A stretch of DNA of 64,000 nucleotides from Botryllus schlosseri (lineage: Eukaryota): contig CM119383.1 in the NCBI GenBank assembly GCA_051294905.1, forward strand, positions 7,564,001-7,628,000, read 5' to 3'. A model generated the notes under the pieces. The model was given only the letters and a program-made list of their open reading frames with translations, did no database searches and was not told the DNA's origin. This document shows, one piece after another, positions 1 to 12,400 of this stretch. Positions within the stretch are counted from its first letter, which is position 1, and each line of letters opens with the position of its first letter. A program made the position numbers and the translations under genes.

Positions 1-185
1 AGTATTATGTTCTTTCACGAGATAGAGATAACTAATCGTTGAAGTAACTCTTTAGGGTGTTTTTAAAAGCAATATTTCTACTCATACTCGAGCAGATATT
101 GGAGTGGCCACGTCTACTTGAGTAGGTTTCTTGACTAATTGACCACCTCTTGCTACTAATTAAGGAAGATAAAACTGATGAATAC

Positions 186-454
186 ATGCCTATTAGCTTT
201 TTCGATATCGTGGTCTGTGATGTCTATGTCTCCGTATCCAAAATCCAATGCAGACTCTTGCAGAACTGTGTCGAAATACACAAATGTGGGTCTCCATCCA
301 GTGTTAGTCGTCAGGTTGTAACTCCATTGTTGCAGCAATACTTCGATGAGAGGGTTTTCGGCGTCCTGAGGAAATCCTTCCGACTCCAGCAAACCTTGAA
401 AGTGCGGGCAGTACGTGCGGTCTGCGAATACGGTCCACGGAGGGCACGTACTCC
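186..454 (-). CDS. Gene A exon, unassigned domain ([21 protein letters not shown]...[16 protein letters not shown])
   Basis: Acceptor tctgtattgcag in phase 1 matching the previous exon; 89 open codons; donor position uncertain. Confidence 0.6.
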
Positions 455-3400
455 CTGCAATACAGAGTCGGCATAAATTAGCACAGCGGCTCTCAACCAC
501 TGGTTTGCATCAACTCTTTTGCCGGGCCGCCGAATATGTAACATCTCAATCGTAAAATGCATGAAGTTGGACGCTTGTCCGTTAATTAGAAAAATGAAAC
601 ATAAAATTTTCAACTGTTCCAGAAATTTGCAACATATTTTTCTCCATCGTATCATAATATATATTTAAAGGACTTCTTTGGACTTTGTGTATGTGACAAT
701 GCCGCAAATGTTCTACCAAAATGTTTGAAAGCAGCAAGAACTTGTTTAAGATTAGTGATATGCGAAAGCTAGGAAGACTTATTAAACATAATTCTGCAAT
801 ACAGCTCAGTATTTTGAGCAGTGGTTCTGAAACTTTGTTAGCCACGCCCCCCTGATAGTGAAAAATGTCGCATTGTTCTTTCAAATGAAACCACACAATC
901 AAAATCTAGTTAAGCTTATTTAACAGGACTATGCATAACATAAACTTCAACAGACCTGTGTATCACACATTATAATATCTTAAACACACGGTAAAATTTC
1001 CCATTGCTTTGAAGTTTCATATATTTTTTTGAGTTGCATACTTTTGTCGTAATTACGTTCCTGGTTTACCTCGATTGTAAAGTTTCACCGGTTTGCAAAA
1101 TTTGTTTATTTCTATTTTATCTGATATTTAGTTTATCTAGTCAAAATAATTCGTAAGCATCGCCAGAATAATTGTACTTTTAGAACAGGAGTAAAATACA
1201 CAAGGGTGGTTTGGGCGAAGACTCTAAAATTAAGCAGGATTTGTTCATAGTTTCACCTGTGTACTCAGCCACCGTTGTTGCAGTGTAGTTTCCGGCACCG
1301 GCAGAGGTGTTTGCTCTGATATGAAACGTCAGATTCAAATAGCTCGGCAGACCGACCCACACGTAACTTGTGTACGTGTCATCCAGGATTATACACTGAG
1401 AATGAAATTCAATAATATGACGAGGGGAACATAAAAGACGTTATGACTCTGCTGGGGCTGTACAAAAATAATTTTACTTTTCAAATTTAAAAAAAGTTAT
1501 TTTTGAACAGCCCCCCTACTCTGCATTTGACAATGTTTCGCAAATGCTTAATATAGAGTTGATTGCTGCCAAGTCACTAGCCCGTATTTATCATTATTTT
1601 GTCGTGGGATAGAAAAAAGTCATATTGGAGAAGACAGGGAGATAGTCGCAGTTATGACACTCCCCCACTTGAGAAAAATAGAGATTCTGGAACCGGACAG
1701 TATATATATGAGTGTGAGGCACAGAATTCATCACTAATGAATAGGGCGATTTTTTTGGCATGTCAAAATTGAAGCGTTACGTCAAAAAATGTCAAAACTG
1801 CTGACAAAGACGAAATTTTTTTGCAACCTGCATTTCGTTTATATCGTAGATTTTGCACTGTCAGTGAACTTATCATTTGACATTTTACAGCTTGTAGCCT
1901 ACTTTATAGGCGGCCCGTTGTTCGTTGCTCATTGTGAATCATAAACATTCTACCTGAAACTTTTTTGGGCTCTACTTTTTGAATCGAAATACCTAAACAC
2001 TTTTCAGTTCTTATTAGCATGTCTTAGATATTGGTACTTGTAACTGCGATTGTGTAGGAATCAGGGTTGTAATGACCCGAGTCATTTCATCAAATGCCTA
2101 AAATGACTCGAGTTATTGTGCTCTAGGCTAGGACCATGAAGACAGACATTTCATAATTACTTCCAAGAACGGTGCCCCATTATTGGTATTTTGTCTATCA
2201 GTCCTGATTCTAGGAAAAAAGGGCCAGAAACTGTCATGACTGAGTAAAATTACTATATTATGAATGCGTGCCATTCTATATCACGTGAATTGATAGTTCT
2301 ACTACGTTATAGTTGCAAAAATTGAACAAAGTCTCTAAATTAATACTGACCGTCGGTTGGGTGGTGACTCCACGCAGTGCAACCACCTGTTGCGTCTTTG
2401 TGTCGTCTGCCGGTTGATAACATAACTGGTACGAAGTGACAGCGCCAAATCCGATTTCATCTGGCTTTTCCCAGGTGATGTTGACACGGTCCCGCGTGCC
2501 GGACCCCACACCCAAATTTTTTGGGGTTCCGGCAGCTAAACAAGTTTGACGCTGGAAATTTAGGGGGGGGGGGCACACAAAACAGAAATATACTCACGTC
2601 CTTCTTTGGTGGTGAAGTTTCTCGTGCCGAGGTTATTCTCAAAGGCGACTGTGTTGAAAAGAGGACCGCCGACCAATTCCACTGTTACATCGTACGTGGT
2701 ATACGCATTCAAGCCTCCGACTTTGAAACCGCTCTGCTTGGGAAATACAATATTAAACCATTGCCAACAACTGCTGAATAGTTTCCAGCAAATAAGCAAA
2801 TCGAATATCAAAAATAACCGAAGAAGCACAGCTGTGCACGGTGAGCTACATTGCTGCCATAAATTCAGTATCGTGCGGCTATGAAACTAGAAACTTGAAA
2901 CTGTTTTTTTTTACGGTGATTACATGCCTGAAATGATGCCCTGTATGATATATAGTTCAGAATTTACATATGAAATCGCAACTATCAACTACCATTACCA
3001 TAACATTGCGTACATGTGAAGGCATAACGCTGGCCAGCAAGTGACAAGCAATTATCTTCACCGGGCAAAAATTCTGTTTTCCATTTAAGAACCTTTTGGC
3101 GGTACAAAACTTCAATATACAGCCTTTGTCTCGATTATTCAAAATTCCATGACGGTGATGCCATATTTGGCGATACGATTGTTGATATACAACATTCTTC
3201 CAAATTTTTTACTAGTTGCCGACGATTACCACTGATGAGTGTCCACCGAAAATATTCGGGCTTATTCCAATATGATTATATTATTCAATTTTCCAATTAT
3301 CAACAAAACAGGCCCGGAAACAAATATGAACCAATACCAAGATGCTTCCGTACCCATTACCCTACTCTTGTCAACCTCGCTATACCATTGTAACTATTGT

Positions 3401-6400
3401 CATTATGCTAGCAATCAAGTGAAAATAGGTGAATAAGATTTACAGAAATGGTGAAAAAATTAAACTTCACATTGGCGAGTTAGTAAACCAGATACACTGT
3501 TCCCGTTTGTGATCACTGTTTTGAGAAATAAGATACTCACGCCAGTAAGATCGTTCAATGATACATTGTATGTCAATATGTTCCCTCCCGTAGTGATATT
3601 TACAAGGAAATATGCAATGTATTGTGCCGATCTCCATGCAGAAGTGATATCAAAATTGATGGACAGAGCATTCACATCTTCTGTGACCGAATAGTTGCTC
3701 AACACCAAATGGGCTGTAGATAGATATCGGAATCGTAAACTTCTCTTCAACGCAAAGGCTATAAATTCGGACTCACGTTGGCACGTGGTGCCAGTGCCGG
3801 TGTAGAATTCATTACATGTACAGTTGTAACTTCCATCTGTGTTGATGCACGTAGCATTTGCATCGCACGGATTCGGAATGGAAGTGTGGTTGCATTCGTT
3901 GATATCTGGAAATGAACATATTTGAAATGTTACCAATATTAAGCTTTTATATAAATTCGTTTCAATACACCAACACCTAATACTCTACCAGTAAAAGTTA
4001 TCTATTAAAAAAATTGTGTGCCTCTCATAAACTGTTGAAGGCACGATGAATTGAAAATCGGAATTGATCTGGAAGACAACCAATCTTTTTACCCTCCTGT
4101 TCTTTAGATCTCAAATTCTGCACGTTGCTAAGACTCGGTAGTCAGATACAAGTCATGTTCACAACAACAATACAATTTCCAATATTGCTGGAGTTAAGGA
4201 ACTAATTTACAAGAAGCAAATTTACGGAAGAGCTTCTTGGAGGAACAGAACTTCAATATACAATTAAAAAGTATATTCATATTGAAATGAACCCGAATAT
4301 TTTCGGCTGACATTCGTCAGGGGTAATCGTCAGCAACTAGTAGAGAATCGGAAAGAACATTGTATATCAACAATTGTATCACAAAATATGACGTCGCCAG
4401 CATGAAATTTCGAATAAGAGAGCGTTCAATGTACTATTTTTAGTTGAAACGTGACCTCCCAAGGAATCTGTTGAATAATCCTGCTTGTGCGAAAAATTAT
4501 CGAGACGACAGATTTCGAGTCGCCAGGGGCCATTCACACTCTCATTTGTGTGCCTTGGAGTCGACTATTATCAACACACACCAGCCAAGGCTGTGTCAAC
4601 AAAAGGAGTTCGTGCACCATCTAAAAATAGTACATTGAACGCTCTCCTATTCAAAATATCATGCCGGCGACGTCATATTTTGTGACACGATTGTTGAGTT
4701 GATATACAATGTTCTCTCCAATTCTCTAAAGGTTGCTGGCGATTACCCCTGACGAGTGTCAGCCGACATTATTCGGGTTCATATCAAATTTACGGAAGAA
4801 AATATATCGCATAATTGGGGTGAACTGGTAGAAAGTTGATTGTCAGCGGTACATACCCATATCGCAGTCGGTTCCTTCATACCCATCGGTGCAATTGCAT
4901 TTGTAGGCGAACGTTTCGTCGATGCAGTTATAGGTGTTTGCGCTTGCGCACATTGCAGTGTCACAATCGTTGGGATCTGTAAATAATCGGTGGTAATTAG
5001 ATTAGTGACCATGAAAACGAAGCAATAATAGAGCAAATAAAATCTCAAATTCAGGCAAAAAACGAGTTGTTTAGTGAGTGGTGCTGTAGTTGGATGTTGT
5101 TTGTCTACCGCAAATAAATACTTCAACTGAACAATTTATTGCCGTCATCGAATGCAAAGCATTGGAAAACTTGGCCTAGCAACTATAATGTCACGTGAAC
5201 AACAATTATTATGGCAATTAATGACAAGTGATCAATTGAAAGGAATTCGACTTATTCTGAAAAGAACATATTATCGAATTGTACATCTTCAAAACTGCCC
5301 TTGATAGTAGATAATCATATATAGAACTGTGGTGGGAGATGCAACACGCCACCAGGATACTCCCTTAAAGTAGCTTTACTTAGTATATAGAATGTACTCA
5401 TTTCGGTTTCATTTTAACTGATGAAATTCATGCGAAAACGCCCGTACTCACAAAAGCGCTTACCGTATTCAAACTTTATCACAAATCCAGTCGAGGCATT
5501 CAGTCGGTCTGAAGTGAAAGCAAGATTGATGAAGCCTGAACTCAAAGTAAGGGTAGGGTCCGTATTCGATTGATTAATGAACGCAGTAACATTGGAACTG
5601 TTGGCTTGAATGTGCTTGGACCCGAAAATTCTCTGATCGACGTTGTAAAGTTCATCTTTGGTACCAGAGAGCTAAAAATATATAATCTCTCTCAATGTAG
5701 AGTATGTTATGAATGATTCATCGGAGCATGCGTTACACATCTATGAAATATGAATAATTGCAGACAGGCGGCGAAATTGTGATAAGTTGAAAGCAGTGCG
5801 CGGTACAAGTACAAGCTTGTGAACATTTTCAAGTGAATTGACGGGATACACAGGAGAGTCAAACATCTCAAATAACGAAAAAAAGTACAGTTGTTCAGGG
5901 TGAGTCAAATTACTGCCGCATATTCAACTAATGGAAACTCACAACTTTAAATCGTTTGTCTTCGAACGCGAAAACTTGTTGAGGAAAAAAATGTAAAATA
6001 ACGATAAACAGTATCAGTAATAATAGTTTTCAAAGCGACACAAGTTGTGACTGCGAGTTTTGAAATGAAAATTAGTAATTTATTAAATTAGCTTCTTGAA
6101 ACACACCAATTCCTTACAAATGACAGCAGGGATTCAGCAAGCAGTGCTCGGCACCAACTAATTTGCTATTATTGAAAATTTAATGAGATTAGTATTTTAG
6201 CTTTTTAAACACGGATCCTAGTTGGATTCTTTATGAGTGTATGTGATAGATTCTTTGCATTTTGAAAGCTGTAATAAACAACGTGAATGATGAAAGCAAT
6301 CGTGAAAATATTTACAACTGCATGGAAGCAGTGCGGAAAAATTCTTGATCAAATGTACAAGCAGACCGTGAATAGACCAAAATCAAATGCAATAGGTCGT

Positions 6401-9400
6401 TTCGGTCAAAAACTCTGTCTGTCTGCAAATTTTTGAAGAAGCCTGCAGGTGCGGAGCCAAGAGTAGTATAAAATGAGTTACCAATACAAGTAACCGCAGG
6501 CTACCGACTCCGACGTTCTCCTAATAACTTACGGCAACTATTTCGGAGTTTAAATCGCGAACGTTTCCAGGATAGAACAAAAGAAAATCGTCCTTCTCCT
6601 CCGTGTTGAACTGCAGGAAAGTGAAACGAATACCTGGAGAGGAAACAGCAATGTCTTTTAATAGCTGCAGAACACTGGCAGATTGATTTGAAAAACAACA
6701 ACACTGTGCTCTGGGATTGATAACTATAGATATACGACACTTGAATGGTAGGTAAGAGAGAAACAATGAGTATATTTAAGACATATTACAAATCGACAAA
6801 TTGAATATTCTAAACTATAAATAATACTAATTTAATTTATTAGCCGAATAGCATGCGCTTAACAGCTTATGCAAATCATTTCAACATTTCCCGAAAACAA
6901 CTTTGTAAAATGATCGTACCTGTACCGTTTGCTGGTTGGGTGAAATTGAAAAATGTCTCATCGAATGTCGGGTAAAGGGTGTTACCCGTCCAATTCACCG
7001 GAACATCAATGAAACCGTTTCTGTTTGCCAGACATGTGGAATTGTGGTCGCAGTAATAGTCTGGTTAAAATTAACGGAAAATATCAATAAGATATATCTG
7101 TATTAAATTATTGACAGATTTTAACAGACCGATACTTGTGGCTGTGACCTGTAGTAAAACTTTAACAGCACACTGTATAATATTTCCATTCTATGCAAGG
7201 TACTCTTGGTTATGCAAAAAAAAGGAGTTCCCACAACCTTGGGTCTATTTTCAAGATATACCAATTATATTATATTATACCAGTTGAGATGAAGTATTCC
7301 TTCACCTACTTTCCTTTTAATGACCCCCTTAATCCTTTATTCCATCCCAAATTAGCATTTTTTTGTATTGTGCCAAGTTAAATTACCATATTTATCTCAG
7401 CCTGGAACAAATTAATTTCAAAGTAACATTTGTAATTTTTGAATTTTGTAATCAAACCAGATGACCCTAGCCAGAGTCGTATACATTGCAGCCTTTCCTA
7501 CACATTATTATTACCACACGATAATATAACTTTCTTTCCGGTTGCATGGATCAATAAATATCTCGTCCTCTCTGTAATAGTGGGTTGCAGTTGTATAAGT
7601 TACTAAGGAAGCATTCAGTCTCGTTCAATTGGAATCGATTACATGCTTTTGAAAATCCGAAGTATTTCATCTCTCACTGTGACAATGCCAACAACAATCC
7701 TTTTATACAATAAATTGATGACTGTAAAAATAAGAAAATGACAATTTGATCAGCATGATTACCGCATCCTTCTTCCTCATCGCGTGGTCGGAAAGTTGGG
7801 AAGTTACAGAGGCACTGGAACGTCCCGGGTACGTTGTTACACGTTGTCTCTCCGTCTGTACAGTTATGTAACGCGTCGTCGCATTCGTTGATATCTACAA
7901 TTTGTCAAAATATTAATCAATAACTATTTGTCCAGAAAATTTAAAATTGCACAAGAACCATATGGTAGGGAATCGAATTACATCATTCTTTCTCAAAGAG
8001 AAAGTGGTGCAAAGGATTTGGAACATAAATTAAATGCATTTTTTTCCTGCAGATCTGATGCAGTTCAGGAAATTTCACTCATAACAAAATGCATGTCCTC
8101 GAAATCATCAGAGCAAGCACATTTCTAGATTAGAAAAAATTGTCTTCAATTCCATCGACTTCCTTGAATAAAAAAAATATTGAATGAAAATTTAATTCCA
8201 AGTATTTAGAAAGAGAAATTGAACTTGCTTATATTGTCAGAAATAAGTTTGAAGGTATGAAGACGGAAAATATTGACATCAAAAATAAAAACGCACAATA
8301 TCATGAGCAATATGAAAAAAACATACCTGTACAATTGATTCCGTCGCCAGTATATCCATCCTCACAGGTACACGTGAAGCTACCATTTCCGTTCAAGCAA
8401 TTAGCATCACTGTGGCAATTATTAGATCCATCCATACATTCATCGATATCTAAAATGACAGCTCATTATCAGAAATGAATTGCAGATAAAATTATCAGGT
8501 CATCATTCCAATGCTACATCAGAGATTGGAAGAAAGGACTTTATTCAAAGAGGGTCTTTTATTGGTAAATAACAACAGCAGTATTTGGCATTACACTTCA
8601 TAAAATTTAAATGACGATCAAGATGATACAACTATTACATGATAAAGATATTTATAACACAATAAGAAATATTCAATAAGAACTTGTTGGTCAAATCCCA
8701 TTTTGTGGGTCAAGTTCTTCAAATGAACATCAGTAAATATATTAGATGTCATTACCCAATACCCGATCAAAATGTCAATATAATTAGAATAACCAGTTAT
8801 TTATGTTTTAAAGGCAGCAAATAGCATACTGCTAGTGTGTGATTATACATAATAATAATAATACATAACATCGAAATCAGTACCGACACTGTAACAAAAC
8901 TGTTCATAGATTCTAGGATCCGATGTCAGCCACAGTAGATCTATCCAAGGTTGACATTCAACAATAACCTATTGGAACTAGAGATTTCAAGGATTTCATT
9001 CTTGAAATTCACAGAAGTTATATTTTTCTTTTTAGCGATATGTATCCATTATGTAGAACAGTAAAAACGTGATTATATCAACCTTGAAACAGCAAACCTG
9101 CCTACCTTCACAATAGGTGCCGTTTCCAGCGTATCCTGTTCTGCAGTTGCAGTTGAAGGAACCGGCAGTGTTGGTGCAATTAGCATTATCGTGACAGTTG
9201 TCAGGAGAAGTAGTGCATTCGTTTATATCTGAAGTACATTGTCAAATTTGTCAGGTATTGCTGACCGGTTAAAACAGGATTATGTACCGTCGCAGGTCAG
9301 TCCGTCACCCGTGTAGCCGATGTTACAGTCGCATGTATATGAACCATCGGTGTTTGTACATGTAGCCTCATTGTCAACATCGCATTCGTCAGTACCCACA

Positions 9401-12400
9401 CCACATTCATCAATATCTGAAACATATGTGCCGTTCCTAAATCAAGGACTACATATGCATCAAAGGATTACGTCCCCTTGAAGGTATATAAAAAAAGACA
9501 AAAAAGCACATTTACGTTAGTGTCGGGATTTACTAGCTCATTGAATCTTTTCTTTGGCGGTCCACCAGCCATTGTTACACTATATGGCCTGAGCAAGATT
9601 TTCAAAAGGAATAATTTGGCGTTGCGATATCGTTTCACCTCAAATAAGCTTGACAACCACATGCCATAGTGTAGGATGGCAAACTATTTTATTTCAATGA
9701 GATCAACACAGTACGTGAGCGTAGTTAATCCTGTCACGGTAGTCAGATGTATAGAAGTAAAGTTTCAACACAGAGTTGGGTATTTTGACATGACATGACG
9801 GTGGCATATCAGCAGAGGTGGTCAGTAACGAAGTACTTCTACTTTTTCGAAGTACTCAAGTAGTTTTCCTCTACTTCTGGTACTTACTCAAGTAGATCTG
9901 TTTTTCGCTACTTCTACTTCGTAATATTTTGTGAACTACTTACTTTTCGCTATTTCAGTTTGTCAAGTAGAAGTAGTTTAATCCCCCAATAAGAAAGATA
10001 GCCAAAGGAATTTCGGGGCTGTTGTCACGTAGTACCAACATTTCATTTTCATAAAAGTCATGTAATACCCAGAATGTTCGTTGCGCTTCGCGCACAGTAG
10101 ATATGAAGTGGCAAATATGTTTTAACGAAATTATCGCTGAATATAATTTAGATACCGGGTTGCGTGGTTCCGTTCACACCGCATTGTCGCCTATACCAAA
10201 TATTTCATCACAGTAAGTATGGCCCCCATAACGTTTGAAACTACCGTTCCGCAATCTAGCAATTAACTATTAGCAGCCCATGACGTGTCCTAATCTGGAA
10301 AAGTGGACTTTGACTTTTTTTAATGTTATACTTGTTTTAGCAGACCCCCGTTGAAACTTTCGGGAGAAAAGACATGAAATATATTTTTCTCTTTTTAGAA
10401 GTAGTATTTCTATTTTTCTTTCAATTACGAGTATTGTAAGTTGAGACCTAATTATAGTTTCAGTTCTTTTGCCAGGAGAAGATACATGTTGAAGTATAAA
10501 AGCAAGTGTAGTAATGCCTTATATTTTCCGAAAATAAAGCTATGCACTATATGACATGTTTACGGTCAGCCATATTTTAAATTAACGTATACTAATCGCG
10601 CAAAGTGTTGAAGCCGTGTCCGACACAACTTCTCCGTATTGCTATTCGACTGAGCAAGGGGCCTTATGATATGGGGGAGGGCGCCACGCCATGATTCATG
10701 ATATTGTCTATATGGGGTGTTCGAGTAAACAGAGGATTTCCATATCAATACTTTCATTGACATCCCATGATGTGGACGACTGCTTATGCTGTCAAAAATT
10801 GACACCTCCTGGGATACATCAATTGAATCAAGCTCTATGCACCTACCGCATAGCTCCATTCGCAGCTTTTGACAGTCCATGCGAACGAATTACGATCGTT
10901 TTCACAACTACTTACTTACTTGAGTAGATTTAAAGTCAGTCAATTCTACTTCTACTTGAAGTAGCTTTTGATTGCTTATGTGAGAAATACTTCTACTCGT
11001 ACTTGAGTAGATTTTTTCGTCGCTACTTCTACTTCTACTTAAGTAGCTTTCTTGACTACTTTGACCACCTCTGCATATCAGACACTGTAGACGCACATGA
11101 GTATTAGCATTTAATCATAGATTCGTACGGGCAATTGAATCGAATCCAGTCAATCGGCTACTGTACTAGTGAGGATTATACAATATTGGACCACAATCGG
11201 GATAATTCCAGTGACTAGGCTGTTTCTGAAGCATTGACGGCGGTTTGTTGTGATTTTCCTCAATGAATTTTAGGAATTCTTGCGATTTTGCAATCATAAG
11301 AAATAACAAATGGCATACCTGCGCAATTTACTTTCCCATCTCCAGTGTATCCAGTGTCACAGGTACAATCGTGTGACCCATCGTTGTTTGCGCAAGTAGC
11401 GTTATCCTTACAATCATTAATTTGTCCCGCAGCACACTCGTTAATATCTGAAAATGACATTCAGGAATCATAGACATTGAACATCACTTTTTGACAGGGG
11501 TGTGCAACCTGAAATTAATGAGAAGGGTATGAGTGAGAAGGATATGAACTTGACAATAAGTTTAAAAATAGAAACAGCAGCCACCAGGTAATTTTTATTT
11601 TTTACTAATCAATCTGGGCACTTTGATGGTCAATAACAGTGCATTATTTGGCATTACACTTTATATACCGGTAGTTTGAAATTGCGAACATGATAAGACA
11701 AATATTACAAAAAGAGATATTTATCAAGAAATTCGACAATCGTTGGTCAAAGTCAAGTTTGTGCAAATGAACATGAGTTAGTATATTTGATATCATTGCC
11801 CAATACCCGATGAAAATGTCTTCAGATTCTGAACCGGTCATTTCTGTTTTCAAGAGAACACACTACTTGAGCCATATTTGTGGTACGATACGATTTTACA
11901 TCGTAATGTTATAGTTCACCAAAATAAGTACCGACTCTTGAAATAAAGATATGAAGTCGCCTAAAGCAGATATATATGAGGCCAGCATTCAAAAATATTG
12001 AAACCCTGGAACTAGAAATCTCAAGTATGTGATTCTTGAAATTCACAGAAGTTATATTTCACGTGATAGTAAAGTGGATGCATGATGTGGAGTAGAAAGT
12101 TGCAATTACATGACGCAAACCAGCCTACCTTCACAGGAAGTGCCGTTTCCAGTATATCCTTTTACACAAGCACAGTCGAAGGAACCGACATTGTTGCTGC
12201 AAGTTGCATTTTCATCGCAGTTGTGTGAAGAAGTAGTACATTCGTCGATATCTGAAGTATATTGTCGAATTTGTCAGGTATCACTGACAGGTTGAAATAA
12301 GTCGATGTACCTTCGCAAGCTTTACCGTCACCGGTGTAGCCAGCTTTACACGTGCATGTAAATGAACCATTGGTGTTTGCACATGAAGCCTCATCATCAA

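Noticed and set aside
484-860. SPIN/Buster-like TIR starts (CAGCGGCTCTCAACC at 484, CAGTGGTTCTGAAAC at about 819)
   Set aside because: No matching right ends or TSDs were found, so boundaries cannot be supported.
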